In this document: positions 49,154 through 58,817 of the stretch, one piece after another
Layout of the letters: every line of letters starts with the position of its first letter
Numbering within the stretch: position 1 is the stretch's first letter
Origin: Candidatus Poribacteria bacterium
Lineage (GTDB): Bacteria; Poribacteria; WGA-4E; WGA-3G
DNA length: 64,000 nt
Assembly: GCA_965205025.1 (NCBI GenBank)
Contig: CBDBFU010000028.1
Span: forward strand, 201,844 to 265,843
Direction of reading: 5' to 3'
Notes under the pieces: generated by a model
The model's input: only the letters and a program-made list of their open reading frames with translations
Database searches by the model: none
What the model was told of the DNA's origin: nothing
Translations under genes and position numbers: made by a program

Positions 49154-50008
49154 TTATTTGGATGTTTGAATTCGTTCAGGATGGGTATATACAACCATTC
49201 TTTGGTCCCGCAAGAATCCAATTAACGTTATATTTCCATCTTCTGCTAAGTCAACTGCGAGTGAGGAAGCAGCCGAAACAGCGACAACTACAGGTATACG
49301 CGCAAATAACGCCTTCTGTATAATTTCAAAACTTGCGCGTCCACTCACCATAAGAATATGTTTGTCGAGTGGCATCATATCGGACAGTAGTGCTTGTCCA
49401 ATGACTTTGTCAACAGCATTATGTCTACCTATATCCTCCTGTAAAATAAGGAGTTTTCCGTATTCATCAAAAAGTCCGGCTGCGTGTAATCCTCCGGTTT
49501 TTTCAAAAACTATCTGCGCTTCAAGGAGACGTTCATTCAGTTTATAGAACACCTTTCGATTTAATTGAAAAACCGAATTAATTGGATCAACCTGAATTCT
49601 AACGGCATCAATCGTCATCTTACCACAAAGACCACAGCTTGCATTCGCATGAAAATTCCGTTGCCAACCCTCCTGTTCATCAAGGCTTAACTCATCAGTT
49701 AGATATACATTGACAATGTTTTGAAATGATGATAGATGAGAATGTTCTTCCTTAGATATTGTATTTTCATTTTCATCCTCACAATAGGTGATAATTTGAA
49801 TGTCATCTATGGATTTAATTAGATTTTCTGTGTATAGAAAACCGGCTGCCAGTTCAAAATCATGTCCGGGTGTTCTCATTACGACGATTAGACTCTGTTT
49901 ACCTATCCGAATTTCAAGTGGTTCTTCAACAACTAATTCGTCATCTAAAGGAATTGCGTCTAACTGATTCCAGCGTATGATCTGTCTCTTAGATGTTTGT
50001 TCCATCAT
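49154..50008 (-). CDS. fdhD: Formate dehydrogenase accessory sulfurtransferase
   Basis: VEEPL, MRTPG.D.EL..GFL, SCGLCG, TGGLHAA, EDIGRHNAVDK, SGRASFE. Confidence 0.96.
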   Translation of the reverse strand: MMEQTSKRQIIRWNQLDAIPLDDELVVEEPLEIRIGKQSLIVVMRTPGHDFELAAGFLYTENLIKSIDDIQIITYCEDENENTISKEEHSHLSSFQNIVNVYLTDELSLDEQEGWQRNFHANASCGLCGKMTIDAVRIQVDPINSVFQLNRKVFYKLNERLLEAQIVFEKTGGLHAAGLFDEYGKLLILQEDIGRHNAVDKVIGQALLSDMMPLDKHILMVSGRASFEIIQKALFARIPVVVAVSAASSLAVDLAEDGNITLIGFLRDQRMVVYTHPERIQTSK

Positions 50009-50040
50009 TATATATAGGATATTCTACAGTATACAATACC

Positions 50041-52002
50041 CTATTCAATTGTTTCGGTGAATTTCTCCTTTTCTAAGGTTAACATACCTTTAGTTGTCCC
50101 AATCCATATCCGATTATTGTCAACAGCAATGCATTGTATTGTAAGACCTTCGACTAATACTTTTGGATATTCTATTGTTCCATCCCATTCAGGTGTTCGT
50201 GTATAATCGTGATTAATTGCAAGATAGTCGCTCAATGCAAGCCACAATGTAATTCTTGATGTTTCATTTTCTTCATCTTGAAATATTGGTTGAGGTATTG
50301 TATTTTCAGCAATGCCAGTTATGAATATATCATCCAATTGCGTCAAGTCTTCTATTCCAGAGGATACAGGTGTAGTAGAGACATTTGAACCATTCCAATC
50401 GGATTCAAAATAGCCATTGGATTTTTCTTCTTCATTCACATAAGAAAAGAATGTCATATTTCCAATACTATCAAAACGTACAATTCTGATCTCAGGGTTA
50501 AGATCAACAAATCCAATTGGGTTCCATACCCCCTGCTGACGATCGTAAATTGATATATCCTCTGCTGATGTTCCAACCCATATTGTCTCAGGAGACATAG
50601 TAATAGAGTGTATATCGTCTGGTATATTATGGTCTTCTTTGTTGTAATGGAGTTGAAATCCAGTTTTTAGATCCCGTCGAATAATTCCGGCATCAGTAGC
50701 GAACCATATTTCCTTTTCATCCATTTTAATGTCCCGAATCCACATACTTGGTAATCCATCGTCCATCGTATAATTTGTTACTGCCTTTGTGTCTTTATTG
50801 TAGTGTATAATCCCTTGATTTCTTGTGCCTATCCATACATCAAGTGAGTTGACAGTAATTGCACGTACATCTGGAATTGAAGTGAGTTGTTCAAATTCAT
50901 TAATCTTCCATGGAATAGCTTCATTTATCTGCCATTTCCCATGACCATTGGTTTCGATTTGTACAATTCCTTTGGGTGTACCAACCCAGAGGGATGTTCC
51001 ATCAACAGCAATAGCCTGAATGTTTGTATCAGGTAGATCTTGTGTATAGATGTTCCATGCGCTTGCTTGTCTAACATCCTTTGCTTGATCTATTATAGAT
51101 TGATCATCTGTAATTTTTAGGATTGCCTGTGCAATGTTTACGGCATTATCCTTATTACCTAATTGCAGATGAATGATGGCTTGTTTCAAGTATGCATCAT
51201 CAACAAATTCGCTGTATGGATAGAGTTCAACAAAATTTCCCAACGTTCTTAAGGCAGTATCCAAGTCTTCAGAATCTGCTTGTAAACTTCCTATAAGAAA
51301 TACAGCTTTCTCATGTTGAGGTAAATTTCGAAATTTACTCACAGTTTCCTGCAAGAGTTCAAGGCCAGAATCGGTATCATTTAGGTTTTCAACGAGTAGA
51401 AATCCTGTGATATAACTTAGTGGTCCTACGGAATCATGTTCAGGATAATAAGTCAGAATTATTTGAAATGCTTTTACAGCATTGAGAAAATCTTCAGATT
51501 CTATAGCCTTCGTACCAATTTCTTGAAGTATCTGTGGTATGTTGTTATATTTTTCAGGGTCAATTATTGCTACAGAACGAAATCTTTCAAGTGCTTTATC
51601 TATGAGTTCATTAGTGTTATATAGTAATCCAAGTTGGTAATGTGCATCGACGAATTTTGGTGATTCTTCCAAAGCTTTCTCGAATTGTCTGATTGCTAAT
51701 TCGGGGAGTAGTAGATCTAATAGGTCGCGTGCATTACGATAGTGTTTTTGGGCTGCTTGATTTGGTAGGTTATCTAAATTTGTAGTAAAATTAAGTATAT
51801 TACCTTCTAAAGGTAACCTTATTATTTGTCCATTATATTCTATCTCAAAATGTGTATCATTCCCATTTAGCCATTGTCCTGTTAGTCTATCACCATTCTG
51901 CATTTCTACTATTACAAATGTTTGGGTGTATCCATAAGATGTGAAAAGTAATATTAGAACGAGGAAGGATACATAAGTATATTTTTGAATATATTGACGC
52001 AT
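50041..52002 (-). CDS. Exported TPR protein with C-terminal beta-propeller (two-component regulator propeller-like repeats)
   Basis: Signal peptide; TPRs; LWVGT..G, WIGT..QG, GLPS.WIRDI, WFATDAG repeats. Confidence 0.75.
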   Translation of the reverse strand: MRQYIQKYTYVSFLVLILLFTSYGYTQTFVIVEMQNGDRLTGQWLNGNDTHFEIEYNGQIIRLPLEGNILNFTTNLDNLPNQAAQKHYRNARDLLDLLLPELAIRQFEKALEESPKFVDAHYQLGLLYNTNELIDKALERFRSVAIIDPEKYNNIPQILQEIGTKAIESEDFLNAVKAFQIILTYYPEHDSVGPLSYITGFLLVENLNDTDSGLELLQETVSKFRNLPQHEKAVFLIGSLQADSEDLDTALRTLGNFVELYPYSEFVDDAYLKQAIIHLQLGNKDNAVNIAQAILKITDDQSIIDQAKDVRQASAWNIYTQDLPDTNIQAIAVDGTSLWVGTPKGIVQIETNGHGKWQINEAIPWKINEFEQLTSIPDVRAITVNSLDVWIGTRNQGIIHYNKDTKAVTNYTMDDGLPSMWIRDIKMDEKEIWFATDAGIIRRDLKTGFQLHYNKEDHNIPDDIHSITMSPETIWVGTSAEDISIYDRQQGVWNPIGFVDLNPEIRIVRFDSIGNMTFFSYVNEEEKSNGYFESDWNGSNVSTTPVSSGIEDLTQLDDIFITGIAENTIPQPIFQDEENETSRITLWLALSDYLAINHDYTRTPEWDGTIEYPKVLVEGLTIQCIAVDNNRIWIGTTKGMLTLEKEKFTETIE

Positions 52003-52107
52003 ATTTAACCATAGATATTATGTGTTTTAATATCAAGCAATGATAACAGAATAATGTGGTATTGTCAAGATGGTTTACTCAAGTGAAATTGAAATCAGTG
52101 AAGGTAA

Positions 52108-52635
52108 TTAAATCGTCAATCGATCAATGATGGTATCTATTACATCATCAGCACGATTACGGATTTGATCTGGTGTCAGACTTTGGATGGGATGTGTGAC
52201 TGTTAACGGTTCTAAATCAGTATGACCAAGGACACGTGCTTGTACCTTACCAGCAGTATAAAATACCTCAGTACATATTGCTACACTGGGTACACCGCGT
52301 TCCTCTAAGATACTGCCATCGTGCATACTGCACGATATACATGATCCTCAGTCAGCAAGACCTTCAATAACAAAATCAACATGATCAGCAAGATCAGATA
52401 GCAAGTCTATAGGGGCAGGACGGGAGAAAGTTGGTTTCTTTACACGAATGACTTCAGATACATCAAACCGGTCACATATCAATTCTTCTAATCTATCAAG
52501 AAAAATATCGCTGCCATTTTTCGTAATATCCAACAATCCCATTACTTTACCGTTTAATGAATCAAGTCGTGGAGACAAGTATTTCACAGGAACTTCTTCT
52601 TGAGCAGTAGGATCGAGTAAGATAGTTTTTTCCAT
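52108..52635 (-). CDS. UGSC-family selenoprotein, 175 aa (joins ORFs 52348-52695 and 52108-52326)
   Basis: MEKTILLDPT...GLLDITK...KPTFSRPAP...VIEGLAD-U(TGA 52348-52350)-GSCISCSMHDGSILEERGVPSV...HPIQ; both ORFs are in the same frame. Confidence 0.92.
52318..52336 (-). promoter_or_regulatory. Candidate bacterial SECIS of the UGSC gene
   Basis: Perfect stem ATCGTGCA-GTA-TGCACGAT separated from UGA by 11 nt. Confidence 0.65.
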
Positions 52636-52648
52636 TGGTTTTCTATGT

Positions 52649-52972
52649 TTATTCTGAATCTTCCATCTGGATCTGTTGTGATTTTGCCATCGCATCCTCT
52701 GCTTCCTGTATCATTCCTTTACGTTGGAAACAGATGGAAAGGCTGGTATATGCAAGGGGGTCATTTGGATCGATTTCTATAGCTTTTTGAACAGCCGTTA
52801 TTGCTTCATCGTATTGACTAAGCCGTTCATAAGCGTGTCCTAATCCGAGATAACCCTCGATATAATCTGGGTAAGTTTCTATGAGTACATTAAATGCTTC
52901 AACTGCAGCTTCAAGCTCATTTTCAGCAAATAACGTCAATGCCTTATCATATAGTTCTTCTTGGGTTGCCAT
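52649..52972 (-). CDS. Small TPR protein
   Basis: Three TPR-like repeats (YLGLGHAY...AIEIDPNDPLAYTSL). Confidence 0.85.
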   Translation of the reverse strand: MATQEELYDKALTLFAENELEAAVEAFNVLIETYPDYIEGYLGLGHAYERLSQYDEAITAVQKAIEIDPNDPLAYTSLSICFQRKGMIQEAEDAMAKSQQIQMEDSE

Positions 52973-53063
52973 TTTTTATTCCTAATCAATTTTAAACCAG
53001 TATATCAAATTTCGAGACATATTACAATCTTTTTAGGTGTATTTTATGATTAGTATTAACAAT

Positions 53064-53092
53064 TTGACATTTACACTGCCTTATGTTAAAAT
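53064..53092 (+). promoter_or_regulatory. Putative sigma70 promoter of ferredoxin-gmk-coaBC
   Basis: TTGACA-17nt-TAAAAT with extended TG. Confidence 0.65.
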
Positions 53093-53118
53093 ATGGCATA
53101 TCAGAAGGAGTAGTTGCT

Positions 53119-53586
53119 ATGGCCTATTATATAACTGATGAATGTATAGGATGTACGGCATGTTTAACTAATTGTCCAGTTGATGCTATTACTGGTGATC
53201 GGAATATGTTACATATCATAGATCCGAGTATATGCATTGATTGTAGTGCATGTGGATTGGTATGTCCAGTCGAAGCAATTAGGGACCAATTCGGTGCAGT
53301 CTGTAAATTCATACCTCGTCCAACACATAGACCTATTGCTGTCATTTATGAAGAACTTTGTTCTGGATGCGATTTCTGTGTACATATTTGTCCATGGGAA
53401 TGTCTCGAACTTAAAGATCCAGATACTGGTGAACATGCCGAGAGTTTTTTCGGTATTTGTGAATTAGTGAAACCGAAGGACTGTGTAGGTTGTAAATTGT
53501 GTGAAGAGGTATGTATTAAGGACGCTATTAGAGTCGAATCACCTGTATTATTAGAACTGGCTGAAGCCACTGAAGCAGCAGATTAA
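53119..53586 (+). CDS. Polyferredoxin (4 x [4Fe-4S])
   Basis: Four CxxCxxCxxxC motifs; AAGGAG SD before ATG 53119. Confidence 0.92.
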   Translation: MAYYITDECIGCTACLTNCPVDAITGDRNMLHIIDPSICIDCSACGLVCPVEAIRDQFGAVCKFIPRPTHRPIAVIYEELCSGCDFCVHICPWECLELKDPDTGEHAESFFGICELVKPKDCVGCKLCEEVCIKDAIRVESPVLLELAEATEAAD

Positions 53587-53605
53587 CTTTTTAAATGTAT
53601 CTGAC

Positions 53606-54253
53606 ATGCGTTCATCCTCGCTCAATTGTCAAAATTTAGTGATTGTCATTTCTGGACCGTCTGGTGGTGGTAAAAGTACAGTCGCTCAAGTATTATGTGA
53701 AAATGATGATACCTTGCGACTCTCTATCTCTGCTACATCTCGCACAGCCCGTCCAGATGAAATTGATGGTGAAAATTACTATTTTCTAACAAAATCACAA
53801 TTTGAAGAGAATATCAATAGAGATTACTTCATAGAATGGGCGAAATACAGAGAGCATTATTACGGAACACCGAAGTCTGAATTAGAAGCATCCCGCCAAG
53901 AAGGGAAAGACACAGTCTTAGAAATTGATGTTAAGGGTGCCCTTCAAATCAAGAAACAAGACCTTACTCCTGCCAGAAGCATCCTTATTTTTCTTATCCC
54001 TTCAACATACGAGATTCTGGAAAGACGTCTCCGGGGAAGAAAAACCGAATCAGAAGACGAACTTAAAAAAAGATTAGAAATAGCTAAGACAGAACTCAAT
54101 CAAATTACCCAATACAACTACTGTGTAATTAATCCAGAAGATGATGTTAAACAAGCAGTGATACAAGTTCAGAATATAATTTCCGCTGAACGATCCCGTA
54201 TTAACCCAGATCAAACAACACGATTCCTTCAAACCTTTGGTTTACCACAATAG
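53606..54253 (+). CDS. gmk: Guanylate kinase
   Basis: SGPSGGGKST, SATSR..RP.E.DG..Y.F, YYGT, LEIDVKGA. Confidence 0.96.
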   Translation: MRSSSLNCQNLVIVISGPSGGGKSTVAQVLCENDDTLRLSISATSRTARPDEIDGENYYFLTKSQFEENINRDYFIEWAKYREHYYGTPKSELEASRQEGKDTVLEIDVKGALQIKKQDLTPARSILIFLIPSTYEILERRLRGRKTESEDELKKRLEIAKTELNQITQYNYCVINPEDDVKQAVIQVQNIISAERSRINPDQTTRFLQTFGLPQ

Positions 54254-54276
54254 GTGGATTTTTCTTTAAGATAATT

Positions 54277-55470
54277 ATGGAACTGAAAGATAAAACTATT
54301 CTTATAGGGGTAACGGGTGGAATTGCTATCCATAAATCGCTTGATTACGCCAGTCAATTGGTAAAATGGGGTGCATCAGTTCATGTGGTGATGACGCAAA
54401 ATGCAACACGGTTGATTAACCCTTTACAATTCCAAGTTTTATCGCGTAATCCTGTCCTTCTTGACCTTTTTGATACTCGAGAAGATTGGAAACCACCGCA
54501 TATTGATCTCGCTGACCGTGCCGACTTACTGGCAATTGTTCCTGCGACTGCTAATATATTGGGAAAAATGGCAAATGGGATTGCTGATGATGCACTCTCT
54601 ACAGTAGCTGTATCTGTCCATTGTCCAATTCTCGTTGCACCTGCAATGAATGGACACATGCTACAAAACCCATCAGTACAACACAATATCAATACCCTTA
54701 GTAAAAATGGAGTAAAATTTGTTGATCCAGAAAGTGGTGATCTCGCCTGTGGATATCAAGGTGACGGAAGATTGAGTTCTGTCGATGTTATACTTGATTG
54801 TACAAAAGATATTCTCACACAACAAATTGACCTTCAGGGGAAAAATGTGCTTGTAACTGCAGGTGCTACGAGGGAATACATAGATCCTGTCAGATTTATT
54901 ACAAATGGATCAAGTGGTAAGATGGGGTATGCCATTGCTGAAATCGCAGCATCCCGTGGTGCAACTGTCCATTTAGTAAGTGGACATACAACTATTTCTC
55001 CACCACCTGGTGTTAAGACCATTACTGTAGATACTACCCAAGAAATGCATGATACAGTCGAGAAATTATTTGATAACTCGGATGTAGTTGTTATGGCAGC
55101 AGCACCTGTAGACTATAGTCCCAAAGACTACTCTCCACATAAACTTAAAAAGAAATATGACACACTTACTCTTGATCTTCAAAAGACACCTGATACAGCA
55201 TATACAATTGGTAGGAAGAAAACACATCAACTGACAGTGTGTTTCGCTGCAGAAACAGAAGATGTTCTTGAAAATGCCAAAGAGAAATTAATTCATAAAA
55301 ATTGTGATTTGATAGTAGCCAATGACTTACTTGTTGAAGGTGCAGGATTTGCTGGTGATACAAATATAGTTTCTCTTTTGGATAGAGATGGCAAATGTGA
55401 ACAATTACCCCTTTTAACAAAACGAGAAGTCGCTCATGTAATATTAGACCGTATCGTAAAGATGATATGA
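54277..55470 (+). CDS. coaBC: Phosphopantothenoylcysteine decarboxylase/synthase
   Basis: GVTGGIA, PATAN, APAMN, LACG..G.GR, TAG.TRE.IDPVRFITN.SSGKMG. Confidence 0.96.
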   Translation: MELKDKTILIGVTGGIAIHKSLDYASQLVKWGASVHVVMTQNATRLINPLQFQVLSRNPVLLDLFDTREDWKPPHIDLADRADLLAIVPATANILGKMANGIADDALSTVAVSVHCPILVAPAMNGHMLQNPSVQHNINTLSKNGVKFVDPESGDLACGYQGDGRLSSVDVILDCTKDILTQQIDLQGKNVLVTAGATREYIDPVRFITNGSSGKMGYAIAEIAASRGATVHLVSGHTTISPPPGVKTITVDTTQEMHDTVEKLFDNSDVVVMAAAPVDYSPKDYSPHKLKKKYDTLTLDLQKTPDTAYTIGRKKTHQLTVCFAAETEDVLENAKEKLIHKNCDLIVANDLLVEGAGFAGDTNIVSLLDRDGKCEQLPLLTKREVAHVILDRIVKMI

Positions 55471-55566
55471 TAGATTGTCATTCATCTCAAATACATATAT
55501 TACAAATGGTGTCATCATTAGAACTAATCATAGGCGTCAATTTAGTACTTATACCATTTCTATTTA

Positions 55567-56471
55567 TAGTGACTATCAGAATTAAAGAGACATTTTTTGT
55601 ATTTTGTAGTAGAATGTGTCTATTATGGCATATTCAACAGATTTACGCAAACGCGTTTTAGATTTTATTGAAGCTGGCGGGAAAAAAGCCGAAGCTGCCC
55701 GTCGTTTTTCTCTGAATCGTTCAACGATTTATAGATGGTTAGCCGCTGAAGACCCGCTTTCGACCCAAAAACCGGGGCCCAAAAGCATGAGAGTGCTTGA
55801 CGAGGCAGCACTGAAAAAACATGTCGCTGATTTCCCAGACTTGACGCAAAACGAACGCGCCTCACATTTCGGTGTTTCAGAGTCTTCTATAGCCTATGGG
55901 TTGCGGAAACTCGGCATCACACGAAAAAAAAACAATCGGATATAAGGAGCGGTGCGATGAGAAACGGAGGGGCTACCGTCAGACACTCACCGAGAAACAC
56001 GCCGCTGGTAAAAAGATAGTTTATGTTGATGAATGCGGTTTTCGTGCTGAAAGTTATAGGCGTCATGGCTATGCCCCGAAAGGTGAATGTGTCTTAGGTT
56101 TGATCTCAGGCACAAGAACACGAACAACGACGCTGGTCGCAGCGCGTATCGGTTCGACTTTTACGGCACCTTGTTTGTTTGATGGAAGCTGCGATTCTGC
56201 GTGTTTCAATGCGTGGCTTGAAGCCTATTTATGTCCACGGCTGTCTGTCTCAGACGTGGTTGTTCTTGATAATGCGAAGATCCACAAGACGCTTCGGACG
56301 CGTGAGTTGATAGAAGCATCGGGAGCAGAGGTATTGTTTTTACCACCTTATTCACCGGACTACAACCCGATTGAACACGACTTTGCGAATATCAAACGTC
56401 TCAGAGAATACAATGCTGATATAACCATTGATGAAGTTATAAACATGTATCATTAATTCTAAAGTTTACTA
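55567..56471 (+). mobile_element. IS630-family insertion sequence
   Basis: IRs TAGTGACTATCAGAATTAA / TTAATTCTAAAGTTTACTA; TA duplicated at 55565-66 and 56472-73; more GC-rich than the flanks. Confidence 0.88.
55625..56456 (+). CDS. IS630 transposase (HTH ORF plus DDE ORF joined across an A9 run at 55924-55932)
   Basis: MAYSTDLRKRV HTH; YVDECG, VLDNAKIH, FLPPYSPDYNPIE. Confidence 0.88.
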
Positions 56472-56580
56472 TAAATAGTTCACATTACGGGTGTTCTTTG
56501 TAATCCCTGATAAGGAATTAGGATATTTCTTCGCTAAGTAATGAGCTATCTATATATTGAAATGGTATTACATTTCAGAT

Positions 56581-56659
56581 TATAGACATTCCGTCCCTAC
56601 GGGACTCAATTATAGAGTTTTACACATTTTCTATAGACATTCCGTCCCTACGGGACTCA
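56581..56659 (+). repeat. Two 28-bp direct repeats with internal hairpin
   Basis: TATAGACATTCCGTCCCTACGGGACTCA at 56581-56608 and 56632-56659. Confidence 0.8.
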
Positions 56660-56751
56660 TAATCTGTGTATGATTGTTCCTGTTTGACACAAATCATAAT
56701 GTAAGTCTATCAATTGGAAATGGTATTAGATTAAATGTAAATGGACTCTTA

Positions 56752-56852
56752 TGTAGGAGCGATCTCCGAATTGCTACCCCAAATACAGTCGAAAATCGGA
56801 GTTTGCTCCTACAGAATAGAAGATAGGGATCGGAATCCGTTCCTATAGAAGA
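56752..56852. repeat. Cluster of three degenerate GTAGGAG REPs (family 3)
   Basis: TGTAGGAGCGATCTCCGA..., ...ATCGGAGTTTGCTCCTACAG, ...ATCGGAATCCGTTCCTATAGAAGA. Confidence 0.65.
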
Positions 56853-56918
56853 ATATAATGCTTAAATTGACGGCTATTGTGTCATCATTAGAATTAATAG
56901 ATTGGAATAGTACTTAAG

Positions 56919-57764
56919 ATGACACTTCTGGATCAAGTTAAAACCTACCTACGAACAAATCGTATACACCCAAGAAAACAATTAGGACAACACTTCTTAA
57001 TTAACGAAGAGGTGTTGCCGCTAATTATTCATGCAGGTATGGTATCCAATACCGATGTTGTCATTGAAATTGGTGCAGGTCTTGGATTTCTCACGACAGA
57101 ATTAGCAAGTTCCGCAGGGAAGGTAATAGGAGTTGAAGTAGATTCTAATCTATATGCAGAATTAGACTCACTGTTTGCTAATGTTTCATCTGTTGAAATC
57201 ATACACGGAGATTTTCTGGAATTAGATATTTCATCACTAATACCGAAAGACACACATCCAAAGGTGATAGCGAATTTACCTTATGCTATTACAACACCAA
57301 TATTGTGGAAATTGTTAGAACATTCCGATCAACTTGAAAGTTGTGTTTTAATGATGCAGCGTGAGGTTGCAGAGAGGATTGTGGCAAGTCCTGGTGGAAA
57401 GGATTACGGTGCATTAACTATCGGAATATCATACCGTGCTGATTCTACTATAATAGGCACACTAACACCCAATAACTTCTATCCAGAACCAAAAGTAGAA
57501 TCGGCACTACTAAGATTATCAATGCTTGAAACACCGAGAGTGGTTGTAGAAGATGAATCTTTCTTCTTTAGGTTAGTTAGGGAGTCATTTCGTGGAAGAA
57601 GGAAAATGTTAAAAAATTCATTGAAACGATTTGCCCCCTCAGATAGATTGAATGAAGTATTGTCAAACTTAGATATTTCACCACAAAGACGACCAGAAAC
57701 CTTAGATATCACTGAATTTGCAGCCTTATCTAATGTTCTATACACCAATATCTATACGAAGTAA
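56919..57764 (+). CDS. rsmA: 16S rRNA m6,2A dimethyltransferase KsgA
   Basis: LGQHFL, EIGAGLG.LT, ANLPY.IT, M.QREVAERI, F.P.PKVES. Confidence 0.96.
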   Translation: MTLLDQVKTYLRTNRIHPRKQLGQHFLINEEVLPLIIHAGMVSNTDVVIEIGAGLGFLTTELASSAGKVIGVEVDSNLYAELDSLFANVSSVEIIHGDFLELDISSLIPKDTHPKVIANLPYAITTPILWKLLEHSDQLESCVLMMQREVAERIVASPGGKDYGALTIGISYRADSTIIGTLTPNNFYPEPKVESALLRLSMLETPRVVVEDESFFFRLVRESFRGRRKMLKNSLKRFAPSDRLNEVLSNLDISPQRRPETLDITEFAALSNVLYTNIYTK

Positions 57765-58526
57765 TTGCCAATATACAATTTTCCAATCTGCACCCTCCCG
57801 TCGTAATTCAAACAAACATCTTGCCTGTAGATGACGTAATATCTTATCTTCTGCGCCTTCTGTATCTACATCTAATAGAAGTTCAACAGCAGCTTTTCTG
57901 GCATCTGTAATATTCATTTCCTTATCTTTAAAGACAAATTCTATCCATGAATATTTTATGAATAATTCGGTTATAGTGGGAATTACACTGTCATAATTTG
58001 GTGGGATGACACCCGATAGAACGCCGAAAGTCGTTACAGGATCGTCAGATGCCACGTAGGATTCTGAGAAATGTGATTCTATGGCAGGAATATTCTCTGA
58101 ATCAATGGATTCAATCAATTCAGAAAATGAATTAAAAAACTCATTTAACTCTTCTTCGGTATCTATTAGAGGAATCATATCTACAGTCACAGTTAGACGT
58201 TCAGTTGATACCGTAATCCTCTGTATGAAGGTTTGATAATAAGAATCCGTTACCCTTAGTTCTTGTTCTTCATGATATGGTATTCCTTGAAACACGAAAA
58301 GCCCGTCAGGTTCAGTCTTAACTTCTAATCCGTATAATTTTACTACTGCCCCAGTTAAAGGATTATTTGTATTGGCATCAACAACTTTACCAGATACAGT
58401 ACCATATAGAATGGGTTCCGGTTCAATTATCGGTTCAGGAATGTCTTCATTATCCTGACTACACCCCATGAAAGTAATAAATAGTAAGAATATTATTACT
58501 CTATTTTTTGAAATATAAATTTGCAT
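57738..58526 (-). CDS. Lipoprotein with carboxypeptidase-regulatory-like domain
   Basis: Lipobox FMGC; VSGKVVDANTNNPLTGAVV; C-terminal NTF2-like WKIV.W. Confidence 0.65.
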   Translation of the reverse strand: MQIYISKNRVIIFLLFITFMGCSQDNEDIPEPIIEPEPILYGTVSGKVVDANTNNPLTGAVVKLYGLEVKTEPDGLFVFQGIPYHEEQELRVTDSYYQTFIQRITVSTERLTVTVDMIPLIDTEEELNEFFNSFSELIESIDSENIPAIESHFSESYVASDDPVTTFGVLSGVIPPNYDSVIPTITELFIKYSWIEFVFKDKEMNITDARKAAVELLLDVDTEGAEDKILRHLQARCLFELRREGADWKIVYWQLLRIDIGV

Positions 58527-58598
58527 TTTGTTGTCTATATGTGTTATTCTTATAAGTACTAATTGGTATTAGAAATTATATACTAAGGAGGGTTTAAA

Positions 58599-58805
58599 AT
58601 GGCACGAGTATGTAAAGTATGCGGTAAAAAACCACGAACTGGACATCAGATTAGCGCTTCCGATCATCGAACAAAACGTCGTTGGTTACCCAACCTTCAA
58701 CGTGTTCGCGTATTAACCGAAGTAGGTACAAGACGTATAAGAGTTTGTACATCCTGTATTCGTGGTGGCAAGATTAGTAAAGTAATCTCTGGTATGCCAT
58801 CCTAA
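58599..58805 (+). CDS. rpmB: 50S ribosomal protein L28 (Zn-ribbon type)
   Basis: [10 protein letters not shown]...TKRRW.PNLQ...VCTSCIR; AAGGAGG SD. Confidence 0.95.
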   Translation: MARVCKVCGKKPRTGHQISASDHRTKRRWLPNLQRVRVLTEVGTRRIRVCTSCIRGGKISKVISGMPS

Positions 58806-58817
58806 GTAATTACTAAT

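Larger units (their letters stand above)
55552..56567. mobile_element. ~110-bp TACCA-type MITE interrupted by IS630
   Basis: TACCATTTC...GAAATGGTA ends with TTA on both sides. With IS630 removed, it aligns end to end with the reverse complement of 63509-63655. Confidence 0.75.
55529..56878. mobile_element. Non-autonomous IS4-type element (composite MITE) with a 20-bp target duplication
   Basis: Ends CATAGGCGTCAATTTAG / CTTAAATTGACGGCTATT match the IS4 IRs at 17473/18927. Flanked by GTGTCATCATTAGAACTAAT (55509-55528) and GTGTCATCATTAGAATTAAT (56879-56898). Confidence 0.8.

Noticed and set aside
52636-52695. N-terminal extension of ORF 52348-52695
   Set aside because: Overlaps the TPR gene in another frame; the family-like sequence starts at MEKTILLDPT (ATG 52635).
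55467-55661. 64-aa ORF after coaBC
   Set aside because: Runs across nested element ends; spurious.
56581-56659. Two 28-bp direct repeats with a 23-bp spacer as a mini-CRISPR
   Set aside because: Only two units, no cas genes or leader, and embedded among REP/MITE modules.
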